A DNA stretch of 64,000 nucleotides from an uncultured delta proteobacterium (GTDB lineage Bacteria > Myxococcota > Myxococcia > Myxococcales > Anaeromyxobacteraceae). The stretch is from positions 1 through 64,000 of the forward strand of contig CAWFDF010000008.1 in assembly GCA_963814585.1 (NCBI GenBank), given 5' to 3'. The notes beneath the pieces are model-generated. The model ran no database searches. It had not been told where the DNA came from and saw nothing but the letters and a program-made list of their open reading frames with translations. This document shows, piece after piece, positions 8,397-17,804 of this stretch (positions are counted from its first letter, which is position 1; each line of letters begins with the position of its first letter). The position numbers and the translations under genes were made by a program.

Positions 8397-11180
8397 ATGA
8401 GCACGCTCCCGAGCACGGTCCTCCCCACGCCCGCCCGCTACGAGTTCTCCGAACGGCTGGCCGAGCTGCCGCCGCTGACCGGGGACCCCAAGGCCGACCT
8501 CGCCGCGCGGCGCCGGTTCACCGAGGCCCTCCACCGCCGTGGAGCCAGCGGGCGCACCATCGTGCGGCTCCAGTGCGCCGCCATGGACGAGCTGGTGCTG
8601 TCGCTCTGGGGGCGGGCCTGCGCCGCCGTCTCCCCCGGCCTCCCGCCGAGCCCGGTCGCGCTGGTGGCGCTGGGGGGCTACGGCCGGAGCGAGCTCAACC
8701 CGTACAGCGACATCGACCTGCTGGTGCTCCACGCCGACGGGGGACCCGACCCCTACGTCAAGGCGGCCAGCGAGAAGTTCCTCTACTCGCTCTGGGACCT
8801 GAACCTCGAGGTGGGCTACGGGGTCCGCGATCTCGCGTCCTGCGACCGGCTGGCCAGGGAGGATCACACGGCGCGCACCGCGCTCCTCGACCTGCGCTTC
8901 CTGGCCGGCGACAAGGCGCTGTTCAGGGCGCTGGAGCGGGAGGAGCTGCACGGCCTCTCGCAGGCCAAGGTGGACCAGTTCCTGGGCGACAAGCTGGCCG
9001 AGATGCGCGAGCGCCGCGATCGGTTCGGTGACTCGCTCTACCTGCTGGAGCCCAACGTCAAGTCGTCGGAGGGTGGCCTGCGCGACCTGCAGAGCGCGCT
9101 CTGGGCGGCCCGCGTCCGCTTCAAGGTCGCCGGGATCAGCGACCTGCTCAGCCGGGCCTTGCTGCCGGAGCGGGAGATCCGCGAGATGCGCAGCGCCCGC
9201 GACTTCATCTGGCGGGTGCGGAACGAGCTGCACTTCCTGGCGGGCCGAAAGAACGACCAGCTCACGTTCGACGTCCAGCCGCAGGTCGCCGCCGCCATGG
9301 GCTACACCGACGGGCCGGACGGCTCGGCGGTGGAGCAGTTCATGCGCCACTACTACCTCGCCGCCAAGACGGTGCTGGTGGCCTGCGACGCCATCGTCGA
9401 CCGTTGCCTCGAGCCGCGCGTGGCCAGCGGCTGGCGGACCGTGCCGCCGCCGGCCGCCATGACCGGCGCCGAGAAGGCGGTGCCGCTGGTTCGCGGCCAG
9501 CCGGCCCGATCCGCCGACCGCTTCCTCGAGGGGGGCGAGTTCAAGATCTTCCGGGGCCGGCTCTCGCTCGTCGACAAGGACGTGCTGCGGCGCTCGCCGG
9601 CGGCGCTGGTCCGGCTCTTCGCCGCCGCCGACCGGGAGGGGCTGGAGCTCTACCCCTACGCCCGCGACCAGGCCACCGAGGCGGCCGAGGTGCTGCCACC
9701 GCGGGCCGCCGACGATCCCGAGCTGAACGCCGAGCTGCTGGCCTGCTTCACGCGGAAGGGGACCCGGGGCCGCTTCCTGACGCGGATGCACGACCTGGGC
9801 ATCTTCCAGCGCGTCCTGCCCGAGTTCGCGCTCATCACGGCGCGGCGCCAGATCGACGTCTACCACGTCTACACCGTCGACGTTCACTCGCTGTTCGCGG
9901 TGCGGAGGCTGCTGGCGCTGCGGTGCGGCGACGTCCAGGAGGAGGCGGTGACGCCGCTGATGCAGGCGCTGGAGCGGCCCCTGCCGCTCTACCTCGGCAC
10001 GCTCTTCCACGACGTGGGCAAGGGGAGCGGCAAGGATCACTCGGCGCGCGGCGCCGAGATCGCCGCCCAGGCCTGCGTGCGAATGGGGGTCGATCCGGCC
10101 GACGCCGCCGACATCGAGTGGCTGGTGGCCAGGCACCTGCGCATGTCGTCCATCTCGCAGCGTCGCGACCTCTCGGATCCCGACCTGATCCACGCCTTCG
10201 CCGAGGAGGTCGGGACCATCGACAGGCTCGAGAAGCTCTACCTGCTCACCTACGCCGACATCGCCACCGTCGGCCCGCGCACCTGGACCGAGTTCAAGGC
10301 CCGCCTGCTGCGCGAGCTCTTCCAGAAGACCCGCGCCGTGCTGGAGCGGGGCGAGCGCCGTCCCGAGCCGGGGACGGCCGAGACCGAGGGGCGGGGGCGG
10401 GCCCGGGCGGCGCTGGCCGCGCACGCCACCTTCATCCCGGCCGAGGAGCAGGCCCGCTTCATCGAGGCCATGCCGGCCCGGTACTTCCTCACCGTGCCGC
10501 CGCCGCACGTGCCGCGCCACCTGCGGCTCTTCCAGCTGGGACGGCAGCGCCCCCTGGCCGCCTGGATCCGTCACCGGGCCGGGCGGGACCACTCGGAGAT
10601 CCACCTCACCGCCTTCGACCGGCCCGGCCTGCTGGCCACCGTCACCGGCGTGCTGGCGGCCCACCGCATCGACATCCAGCACGCCGAGGTGTTCTCCACG
10701 CCGGACGATCCGGCGCTCGGTCCGGTGGCTGGCCGGGCGCTCGACGTCTTCGAGGTGCGTGGACCGGAGGACGGCCCGGTCGAGGCGGCCCGATGGCGCG
10801 CGGCGCGCCGGGATCTCGAGCGGGTGCTGGCGGGCCGGGAGACCCTGGAGGCGGTGCTGGATCGACGCCTGCGCGCCTCCAACCTCCCGGCCAAGCCGCT
10901 GCCCGGCCTGGCGGTCAAGGTGGTCATCGACAACGACAGCGCCCGCAGCCACTCGGTGGTGGACGTGTTCTGCGCGGACCGGGTGGGCCTCCTCCACACC
11001 CTGGCGCGCACCTTCTTCGAGCTCGGCCTCACCGTGGACCTGGCCCGCATCACCACCGAGGGACATCGCGCCGCCGACGCCTTCTACGTCCGGACCGAGC
11101 AGGGGGCCCGGCTCCAGGGGGAGGTCGCCGCCCGGGTGGTCGAGGCCATCACCGCCGCGCTCTCCCGCGCCGACCGCTAA
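8397..11180 (+). CDS. glnD: [Protein-PII] uridylyltransferase / uridylyl-removing enzyme
   Basis: ALGGYGRSELNPYSDIDL, EPNVKSSEGGLRD, YHVYTVDVH, LFHDVGKG (HD domain) and two ACT domains (DRPGLL, DRVGLL). Confidence 0.95.
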   Translation: MSTLPSTVLPTPARYEFSERLAELPPLTGDPKADLAARRRFTEALHRRGASGRTIVRLQCAAMDELVLSLWGRACAAVSPGLPPSPVALVALGGYGRSELNPYSDIDLLVLHADGGPDPYVKAASEKFLYSLWDLNLEVGYGVRDLASCDRLAREDHTARTALLDLRFLAGDKALFRALEREELHGLSQAKVDQFLGDKLAEMRERRDRFGDSLYLLEPNVKSSEGGLRDLQSALWAARVRFKVAGISDLLSRALLPEREIREMRSARDFIWRVRNELHFLAGRKNDQLTFDVQPQVAAAMGYTDGPDGSAVEQFMRHYYLAAKTVLVACDAIVDRCLEPRVASGWRTVPPPAAMTGAEKAVPLVRGQPARSADRFLEGGEFKIFRGRLSLVDKDVLRRSPAALVRLFAAADREGLELYPYARDQATEAAEVLPPRAADDPELNAELLACFTRKGTRGRFLTRMHDLGIFQRVLPEFALITARRQIDVYHVYTVDVHSLFAVRRLLALRCGDVQEEAVTPLMQALERPLPLYLGTLFHDVGKGSGKDHSARGAEIAAQACVRMGVDPADAADIEWLVARHLRMSSISQRRDLSDPDLIHAFAEEVGTIDRLEKLYLLTYADIATVGPRTWTEFKARLLRELFQKTRAVLERGERRPEPGTAETEGRGRARAALAAHATFIPAEEQARFIEAMPARYFLTVPPPHVPRHLRLFQLGRQRPLAAWIRHRAGRDHSEIHLTAFDRPGLLATVTGVLAAHRIDIQHAEVFSTPDDPALGPVAGRALDVFEVRGPEDGPVEAARWRAARRDLERVLAGRETLEAVLDRRLRASNLPAKPLPGLAVKVVIDNDSARSHSVVDVFCADRVGLLHTLARTFFELGLTVDLARITTEGHRAADAFYVRTEQGARLQGEVAARVVEAITAALSRADR

Positions 11181-11197
11181 GCTGGTAAAAGCGGGTC

Positions 11198-11821
11198 ATG
11201 GCGGTCGCGAACATCGTCGGAATCGATGCGGTCAACCCGCAGCCGCGCGTCATCGAGCGGGCCGTCGCGGCGCTCTCCGGAGGCGGGCTGGTGGCCTTCC
11301 CGACCGACAGCTACTACGGGCTGGGCTGCGACCTGTTCGACAAGCGGGCCATCGAGCGGATCTACCTGCTGAAGCAGCTGCCGCGGACCCAGGCGCTCTC
11401 CTTCATCTGCCAGGATCTCGCGGAGATCTCCCGGTACGCGCTCGTCGACAACGCCGCCTACCGCGTGCTGCGGCGCAAGGTCCCGGGGCCGTTCACCTTC
11501 ATCCTGCCGGCCACGCGGCTGGTGCCCGACCTGGTGCTGCGCCGCCAGAAGACGGTGGGCATCCGCATCCCCGACAGCCCCATCGCCCTCGAGCTGGTCC
11601 GGCGGCTGGGCCACCCGATCATCTCCACCTCGGCGGCCACCCCGGACGGCGAAGTGCTGATCGATGCCCGGGACATCAAGGAGCAGCTCGGGCATGGGCT
11701 CGAGCTGATCCTCGACGGTGGGACGCTCGCCAACGAGCCCTCCTCGGTGATCGACCTGTCGGGACCCGAGCCGGTGGTGCTCCGCGTCGGGAAGGGCGAC
11801 GTCTCCGACCTGCTCACCTGA
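11198..11821 (+). CDS. Sua5/YciO/YrdC family protein (threonylcarbamoyl-AMP synthase-like)
   Basis: AFPTDSYYGLGC, PGPFTFIL, TVGIRIPD, PIISTSA and PSSVIDL. Confidence 0.9.
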   Translation: MAVANIVGIDAVNPQPRVIERAVAALSGGGLVAFPTDSYYGLGCDLFDKRAIERIYLLKQLPRTQALSFICQDLAEISRYALVDNAAYRVLRRKVPGPFTFILPATRLVPDLVLRRQKTVGIRIPDSPIALELVRRLGHPIISTSAATPDGEVLIDARDIKEQLGHGLELILDGGTLANEPSSVIDLSGPEPVVLRVGKGDVSDLLT

Positions 11822-11898
11822 GCGGCCATCCGGCCGGGGGTCGGCACCCGGCGCGCCGCTTACTGGACGGCGCTCCCCCGGGCGATATCGTCGCCTCG

Positions 11899-12795
11899 AT
11901 GTCCACGCTCGAAGCCGCCCTCGATCTCTTCCTGGTCCACGTCCGCGTGGAGCAGGGGCTGGCGGCAAACACGGTCGAGGCCTATGGCCGCGACCTGCGC
12001 CGCTACCTGGACTCGCTGGCCAGGGCGGGCGTGTCCGACTGGGCGAAGGTCACGCGGCGCGACATCCAGGACCACCTCGCGGCGCTGGTGGAGAGCGGCC
12101 TCTCGCCCCGCTCCCAGGCCCGCGCGCTGTCGGCCATCCGCGCCTTCCACGGGTTGCTGGCCGCCGAGAAGGTGGCGCCATCCGACTGCTCCGACGAGAT
12201 CGACTCGCCGCGCCGCGAGCGCAAGCTGCCGCAGCCGCTGGCCCCGGCCGAGTGCGCCGCCTTGCTGGCGGCGCCCGATCCTCGCACCGCCGCGGGGCGG
12301 CGTGACCGGGCCATGCTGGAGCTGCTCTACGCCACCGGCCTTCGCGTCTCCGAGCTGGTCGGCCTCGAGCTCAACGACGTCAACCTGGAGACCCGCGTGC
12401 TGGTGGCGCGGGGGAAGGGGAACAAGGAGCGGCTGGTCCCGGTGGGGGCGCCAGCCGCCCAGTCGGTGCGGTCCTACCTCGAAGGCGCCCGCGAGCTGCT
12501 CCTCAAGGGGCGACGCTCGAGCGACCTCTTCGTCACGCTCCGGGGGCGGCGAATGACGCGCCACGGCTTCGCCAGGCTCCTGGTCCGCCACGGCCGGTCG
12601 GCGGGGATCCGGCGGGCCATCTCGCCCCACAAGCTGCGCCACGCCTTCGCCACCCACCTGCTGGCGGGAGGCGCCGACCTGCGCGCCGTGCAGGCCATGC
12701 TGGGACACGCCGACGTGGCCACCACGCAGATCTACACCCACGTTGACACCACCCAGGCGCGCCGGCTGTACGACCGCTTCCACCCCCGGGCCTGA
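11899..12795 (+). CDS. xerD: Site-specific tyrosine recombinase XerD
   Basis: GLAANTVEAYGRDL, RDRAMLELLYATGLRVSEL, GKGNKERLVP, SPHKLRHAFATHLL and LGHADVATTQIYTH. Confidence 0.9.
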   Translation: MSTLEAALDLFLVHVRVEQGLAANTVEAYGRDLRRYLDSLARAGVSDWAKVTRRDIQDHLAALVESGLSPRSQARALSAIRAFHGLLAAEKVAPSDCSDEIDSPRRERKLPQPLAPAECAALLAAPDPRTAAGRRDRAMLELLYATGLRVSELVGLELNDVNLETRVLVARGKGNKERLVPVGAPAAQSVRSYLEGARELLLKGRRSSDLFVTLRGRRMTRHGFARLLVRHGRSAGIRRAISPHKLRHAFATHLLAGGADLRAVQAMLGHADVATTQIYTHVDTTQARRLYDRFHPRA

Positions 12796-12843
12796 GCTCC
12801 GAACCCGGCGTGGTGACGGCGCTTTCGGGCGCCGGGTCACGCG

Positions 12844-12872
12844 TTGACCCCCGGGCTCGGCGCTGCTACACC
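12844..12872 (+). promoter_or_regulatory. Putative sigma70 promoter for the protease-trpS-scpAB-rluB block
   Basis: TTGACC-N17-TACACC, with an extended -10 TG two bases upstream of the hexamer. Confidence 0.55.
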
Positions 12873-12897
12873 ACGTCTCTTTCGAAGGGACTCCCCC

Positions 12898-13575
12898 TTG
12901 TTCACCATCGAAGCACTCCTGGCAGGGCTCGCGTTCCTGCCGATCATGATCATTTCGCTGACGATCCACGAGTTTGCCCACGCCTGGATCGCGTGGAAGC
13001 TCGGTGACGACACCGCCTCGCGCCAGGGACGACTCACGCTCAACCCCCTGGTCCACATCGACCTGCTCGGCACGATCATGCTGCCGCTCGCCGGCATCCC
13101 GTTCGGATGGGCCAAGCCGGTGCCGGTGGACCCCGCGCGCTTCCGCCGGGACGTCACCATGGCGAAGGGGATGGCCGCCACCGCCTCCGCCGGCCCGCTC
13201 TCGAACATCGTCCTGGCGCTGGGCGTGGCCGTGGCCATCGGCCTGGTGGCGCGGCTGGCCCCCGAGCTCCTCGACACCGGGACGGCCCTGCGCCAGCTGC
13301 TCCTCGGCGGCGTGGTGAAGGGGCGCTGGCTCCCCGGGCTGCTGCAGCTCAACGTGAGCCTGGCGCTCTTCAACCTGATCCCGCTGCCTCCGCTGGACGG
13401 GAGCCGGATCCTGGCCTGGCTGCTGCCCTACAAGCTCCGCCACCAGTGGCACGAGCTGGAGCGGTTCTCCCCGTACCTGCTGCTGCTGGTCTTCTGGTTC
13501 GGTGGTCGCCTGGTCTCCGGGCCCATCATCGCCCTGACCGAGTTCCTGCTCGGGATCAGCCGCGCCATCGCCTGA
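12898..13575 (+). CDS. Site-2 protease, peptidase M50 family
   Basis: HEFAH zinc motif, GRLTLNPLVHID, AGPLSN and FNLIPLPPLDG. TTG start follows AAGGGA. Confidence 0.9.
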   Translation: MFTIEALLAGLAFLPIMIISLTIHEFAHAWIAWKLGDDTASRQGRLTLNPLVHIDLLGTIMLPLAGIPFGWAKPVPVDPARFRRDVTMAKGMAATASAGPLSNIVLALGVAVAIGLVARLAPELLDTGTALRQLLLGGVVKGRWLPGLLQLNVSLALFNLIPLPPLDGSRILAWLLPYKLRHQWHELERFSPYLLLLVFWFGGRLVSGPIIALTEFLLGISRAIA

Positions 13576-13582
13576 GACGCCC

Positions 13583-14575
13583 ATGACCGCCCCGACCCAC
13601 CCCATCGTCGTCTCCGGCATGCGTCCCACCGGGCGGCTCCACCTCGGCCACCTGCACGGCGCGCTCTCCAACTGGGTGAGGCTCCAGGCGGAGCACCGGT
13701 GCTTCTTCTTCTCCGCCGACTGGCACGCCCTCACCACCAACTACCACCAGACCGAGGCCATCAAGGCGTCCGAGCGGGAGATGTTCGTCGACTTCATCGC
13801 CGCCGGGATCGACCCCGAGCGCTCCACGCTGTTCGTCCAGAGCCAGGTGAAGGAGCACGCCGAGCTCTACCTCCTGCTCGGCATGATCACGCCGCTGGGC
13901 TGGCTGGAGCGGTCGCCGTCGTACAAGGAGGTGCGCGAGAACATCACCGACCGCGACCTGGCGCTCTACGGCTTCCTCGGCTACCCGGTGCTGATGACCG
14001 CCGACATCATCCTCTACAAGGCCACCCGGGTGCCGGTGGGGGCCGACCAGGTGGCCCACCTCGAGCTGTCGCGGGAGATCGTCCGCAAGTTCAACGGCCA
14101 CTACGGCCCGGTGTTCCCGGAGCCGAAGCCGCTGCTCACCGAGGCCGCCAAGGTGGTGGGCACCGACGGCCGCAAGATGTCGAAGAGCTACGACAACTCC
14201 ATCGAGCTGGGTGAGCCGGGCGAGTCGACGCGCAAGAAGATCATGGGGGCAGTCACCGACCCGCAGCGCAAGCGCCGGCAGGACCCCGGCGACCCCGAGG
14301 TCTGCGGCATCTTCTACCTGCACAAGGTGTACAGCGACGCCGAGACCTGCGGCTGGGTCGACGCCAACTGCCGGACCGCCGGCATCGGCTGCGTCGACTG
14401 CAAGAGGAAGCTCCTGGAGAGGCTGGAGCCCGACCAGGAGCGGATGCGCGAGAGGCGGGAGGCGCTGCTGGCGCGGCCCCAGGACCTCGACGACCTGGTG
14501 CAGCTGGGCAACGCCAGGGCCCGGGCGGTGGCACAGGTGACCATGGCGCAGGTCCGCGCCGCCATGAAGCTGTAG
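13583..14575 (+). CDS. trpS: Tryptophan--tRNA ligase
   Basis: SGMRPTGRLHLGH, ADWHALT, GYPVLMTADI, VPVGADQ and KMSKS. Confidence 0.97.
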   Translation: MTAPTHPIVVSGMRPTGRLHLGHLHGALSNWVRLQAEHRCFFFSADWHALTTNYHQTEAIKASEREMFVDFIAAGIDPERSTLFVQSQVKEHAELYLLLGMITPLGWLERSPSYKEVRENITDRDLALYGFLGYPVLMTADIILYKATRVPVGADQVAHLELSREIVRKFNGHYGPVFPEPKPLLTEAAKVVGTDGRKMSKSYDNSIELGEPGESTRKKIMGAVTDPQRKRRQDPGDPEVCGIFYLHKVYSDAETCGWVDANCRTAGIGCVDCKRKLLERLEPDQERMRERREALLARPQDLDDLVQLGNARARAVAQVTMAQVRAAMKL

Positions 14576-14603
14576 GCTCGCGCAGCGGGGAGCGGCCACG
14601 GCG

Positions 14604-15491
14604 ATGTCGACACGGCGGGAGGAGATGGGCGCCACCGGCGCCGGCGAGGAGGCCCCGGCGCGCCCGGGGGACGCCTTCCGCCTCTCGCTGCCGCCGTTCC
14701 GGCCCGGCCAGCCTCCCTTCGAGGGGCCGCTCGACCTGCTGCTGCACCTGGTCAAGGAGCACCAGGTCGAGATCCTCGACATCCCCATCGCCCGCATCAC
14801 CGAGAGCTACCTGGCGGCGCTGGCGATGCTGCGGGAGCTGGACATCGACGTGGCCGGGAGCTTCCTCGACATGGCGGCGCAGCTCATGCTCATGAAGAGC
14901 AAGCTGCTCCTGCCGCGCACCGAGGTGGCCGAGGACGCCGAGCCGGAGGAGGGCGGCGTCGACCCGCGCGCCGAGCTGGTGCGTCGCCTGCTCGTCTACC
15001 AGAAGTACAAGGCGGCCGGCGCCGACCTGGGTGAGCGCGACATCCTCGAGCGGACCGTGTTCACCCGGCGCGCCAGGGTGGAGCGGCCGGCGGCGGCCGA
15101 GGGACCGGAGGGGCTGGCCGACGTCTCGGTCTTCAAGCTCATCGAGGCGCTCGACCGGGCGCTGCAGAACGCCCGGCCCGAGACCGTCCACGAGATCCTC
15201 GACGACCGGCTCTCCATCACCGACGCCATCGCCCGGGTGGTGGAGGTGCTGCGCCTGCGGGGCCGGGCCACCTTCGTGGAGCTGCTGGGCGGCGGCGAGG
15301 GCGCCCCCCACGGCCGCTCCGCGGTGATCGCCACCTTCCTGGCCATCCTCGAGATGGCCAAGCTCAAGCTGATCCGGATCTACCAGGCCTCCGCGGACCA
15401 GGCCGGAGCGGCCGGCGGTGAGATCCTCGTGGAGGCCAAGGACACGCTCGGCGACGGGGTCACCCCCGGATCGCAGGAGGAGTACCGATGA
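14604..15491 (+). CDS. scpA: Segregation and condensation protein A
   Basis: FEGPLDLLLHLV, FLDMAAQLMLMKSKLLLP, DPRAELVRRL and ATFLAILEM. Confidence 0.93.
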   Translation: MSTRREEMGATGAGEEAPARPGDAFRLSLPPFRPGQPPFEGPLDLLLHLVKEHQVEILDIPIARITESYLAALAMLRELDIDVAGSFLDMAAQLMLMKSKLLLPRTEVAEDAEPEEGGVDPRAELVRRLLVYQKYKAAGADLGERDILERTVFTRRARVERPAAAEGPEGLADVSVFKLIEALDRALQNARPETVHEILDDRLSITDAIARVVEVLRLRGRATFVELLGGGEGAPHGRSAVIATFLAILEMAKLKLIRIYQASADQAGAAGGEILVEAKDTLGDGVTPGSQEEYR

Positions 15492-16423
15492 ACGAGCAGC
15501 CCCCCCCCACGGCACCCGGCGTCTCGGCGGACGAGCTGGCCCAGCTCCAGGCGGCCGAGGAGGCGAAGGCCGATCCGGCCCTCGACGAGGTGGAGCCGGC
15601 CGAGATCGACGTGGCCGACGAGAAGGAGGAGCCCTTCGAGAGGCTGGCCGCCGCGGCCAGGCGGCTCGGCGTGGACCGGGTCCGCAGCATGGTGGAGACG
15701 CTGCTCTTCCTCGCCGAGCGGCCGCTCACCGTGGAGGAGATCCGCCAGGCCAGCGGCGTGGAGGCCGAGCGGATCGAGAAGGCGCTCGACCAGCTCTCCG
15801 GCCACTACCGGGAGGGGCCGTGCGGCATCGTCCTGCACGAGGTGGCCGGCGGCTGGCAGCTGCGCAGCTCACCCGACAACTCGGCCATCGCCCGCCGCTT
15901 CCTCAAGGTGAAGCCGCAGCGGCTGACCCGCGCGGCGCTGGAGACCCTGGCCATCATCGCCTACCGTCAGCCGGTGACCCGTCCCGAGGTGGAGGAGATC
16001 CGCGGCGTCGACTCCGGGGCGGTGGTGAAGGCGCTGCTGGATAGGCGGCTGCTCAAGATCCTCGGCAAGAAGGAGGAGCCGGGCCGCCCCATCCTCTACG
16101 GCACCTCGCGCGAGTTCCTCGAGTTCTTCGCGCTCAAGGACCTGGCGTCGCTCCCCACGCTCCGCGAGTTCCACGAGCTCTCCGAGGAGCACCGCGAGAT
16201 TGTGGAGCAGCCGCCCGAGCCAGCCATCGCCGGCCTGGTCGAGGCGCTGGCCGATCCGGGCCTGCGTGCCGAGCTGGACGCCCGGCAGGCCGAGTCGGAC
16301 GCCGCGCTCGACCAGCTGGAGAAGGCACTGGAGACGGCCGACACGGCCTCCAGGGCGGCCGAGGCGGCGCTGGCCCGGACCCCCGGAGGCGGCACGCCAG
16401 AAGGCGAGCCAGGGACCCCATGA
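15488..16423 (+). CDS. scpB: SMC-Scp complex subunit ScpB
   Basis: EVAGGWQLR, LTRAALETLAIIAYRQPVTRPEVEEIRGV and PGRPILYGT. Confidence 0.95.
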   Translation: MNEQPPPTAPGVSADELAQLQAAEEAKADPALDEVEPAEIDVADEKEEPFERLAAAARRLGVDRVRSMVETLLFLAERPLTVEEIRQASGVEAERIEKALDQLSGHYREGPCGIVLHEVAGGWQLRSSPDNSAIARRFLKVKPQRLTRAALETLAIIAYRQPVTRPEVEEIRGVDSGAVVKALLDRRLLKILGKKEEPGRPILYGTSREFLEFFALKDLASLPTLREFHELSEEHREIVEQPPEPAIAGLVEALADPGLRAELDARQAESDAALDQLEKALETADTASRAAEAALARTPGGGTPEGEPGTP

Positions 16424-17580
16424 CCATGACCCACGGCGGCGCCGTACGGCTCCAGAAGTACCTGGCCGAGGCCGGGCTGGCCTCCCGCCGGAAGGCCGAG
16501 GAGATCATCCAGTCGGGCCGCGTCAAGGTGAACGGGGCCGTGGTGAAGGAGCTCGGCACCAAGGTCACCCCCGGCCGCGATCTGGTGGTGGTGGACGGCA
16601 AGCCGGTCGAGCGGAGCGCCGACCGGCGCTACATCCTGCTCTACAAGCCCCCCGGGTGCGTCACCACGCTCTCGGACCCGCAGGGGCGTCCCACCGCGCG
16701 CGGTTATCTCTCCGGCGTCGAGGAGCGGGTCTTCCCGGTGGGCCGGCTCGACTACGACGCCGAGGGGGCGCTGCTCTTCACCGACGACGGCGAGCTGGCC
16801 AACCGGCTGGCCCACCCTCGCTACGGCCATCGTCGGGTCTACCTCGTGAAGACCAAGGGGGTCCCGGAGGAGTCGGCGCTGCGGCGCCTGGTCGAGGGCG
16901 TCCGGCTGGAGGACGGCCCGGCCAAGGCCCTGAGCGCGGAGGTCCACGAGAAGGCCGAGACCAACACCTGGGTCAAGATCGTGGTGGGGGAGGGGCGGTT
17001 CCACCTGGTGAAGCGGCTCTGCGAGTCGGTGGGGCTCCCGGTGCTGCGGCTCTACCGGCCCGAGTTCGGCGGCGTCACCGTGGCGAGGCTCCGGCCCGGC
17101 CACTGGCGGGATCTCACCTCCGAGGAGGTCCGGACCATGCGCGCCGCCGTCGGGATGGAGGGCGGCGAGGCGGGTCGCACGGCGATGGCCCACGATCTCC
17201 CCAAGGCGGGGAGGCGGCACGGTCACGGCCCACCCCCCCAGGCGGCGACGCACGCGGGGACGAAGCGCCCCGGCCATCCGGGTGATCGCCGGGAGACCGA
17301 GGAGGCGGGCGAGACGCGGGGAAGGTCCGGGCGGGGCGAGCGCGCCGGGCGACCGGTGCGCCCCGATCGCGGGGACCGCCCCGGCCGGACCGATCGCCGG
17401 GAGCGGCCTGCCCGCGGCGAGCGGTCCGAGCGACGGGGCCGACCCGATCGCACCGACCGTCCGGCTGGCCCGAGGCGGTCGGAGCGCACGGACCGTCCGG
17501 CAGCCCCGATCGTCCCGAGGCAGCCGGAGCGCCCGGCACGGCCCGCTCGCTCCGGCCCTCCGCCCCGGCGCGGTCGCTAG
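16420..17580 (+). CDS. rluB: rRNA pseudouridine synthase (RluB/RsuA family) with S4 domain and Arg-rich C-terminal tail
   Basis: RLQKYLAEAGLASRRKAEE and FPVGRLDYDAEGALLFTDDG. Sits after scpB, its usual position. Confidence 0.85.
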   Translation: MTMTHGGAVRLQKYLAEAGLASRRKAEEIIQSGRVKVNGAVVKELGTKVTPGRDLVVVDGKPVERSADRRYILLYKPPGCVTTLSDPQGRPTARGYLSGVEERVFPVGRLDYDAEGALLFTDDGELANRLAHPRYGHRRVYLVKTKGVPEESALRRLVEGVRLEDGPAKALSAEVHEKAETNTWVKIVVGEGRFHLVKRLCESVGLPVLRLYRPEFGGVTVARLRPGHWRDLTSEEVRTMRAAVGMEGGEAGRTAMAHDLPKAGRRHGHGPPPQAATHAGTKRPGHPGDRRETEEAGETRGRSGRGERAGRPVRPDRGDRPGRTDRRERPARGERSERRGRPDRTDRPAGPRRSERTDRPAAPIVPRQPERPARPARSGPPPRRGR

Positions 17581-17759
17581 TACCCCGACCCAGGCAAGAT
17601 GACGTGACGAGAGAGCCGAGACCGAAGCGAGGCTGGCGCCCGAGGAGGGAGCAGCGGAGGCGTAGCAGCGCTACGCTGAGCAGCGGACCGACGAGGCCGC
17701 CTGCCGCAGCGAGAGGATTCGGCTCTCGCAGTAGGCATCTTGCCTGGGGCGCTGCACTA
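17578..17759. repeat. ~180-bp rod-like palindromic intergenic element (MITE-like or structured RNA)
   Basis: Nested inverted repeats: CCCAGGCAAGATG 17589-17601 / 17736-17748, GAGAGCCGA 17611-17619 / 17719-17727, and central hairpin GCGTAGC-agc-GCTACGC 17660-17676. Flanked by CTAG and CTAA. Confidence 0.7.
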
Positions 17760-17804
17760 ACATCCCCTTGCGGCGCCCGCCGGCGTCGCGGGACAGTGCG
17801 GCCG

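Noticed and set aside
11899..12795. Tyrosine recombinase as a prophage or island integrase
   Set aside because: It has XerD-specific motifs and housekeeping neighbours, with no att repeats, tRNA or compositional shift.
12898..13575. Site-2 protease as the dedicated protease of the ECF module
   Set aside because: It lies in the widely conserved yciO-protease-trpS-scpAB-rluB block ~8 kb away, and nothing in the sequence links the two.
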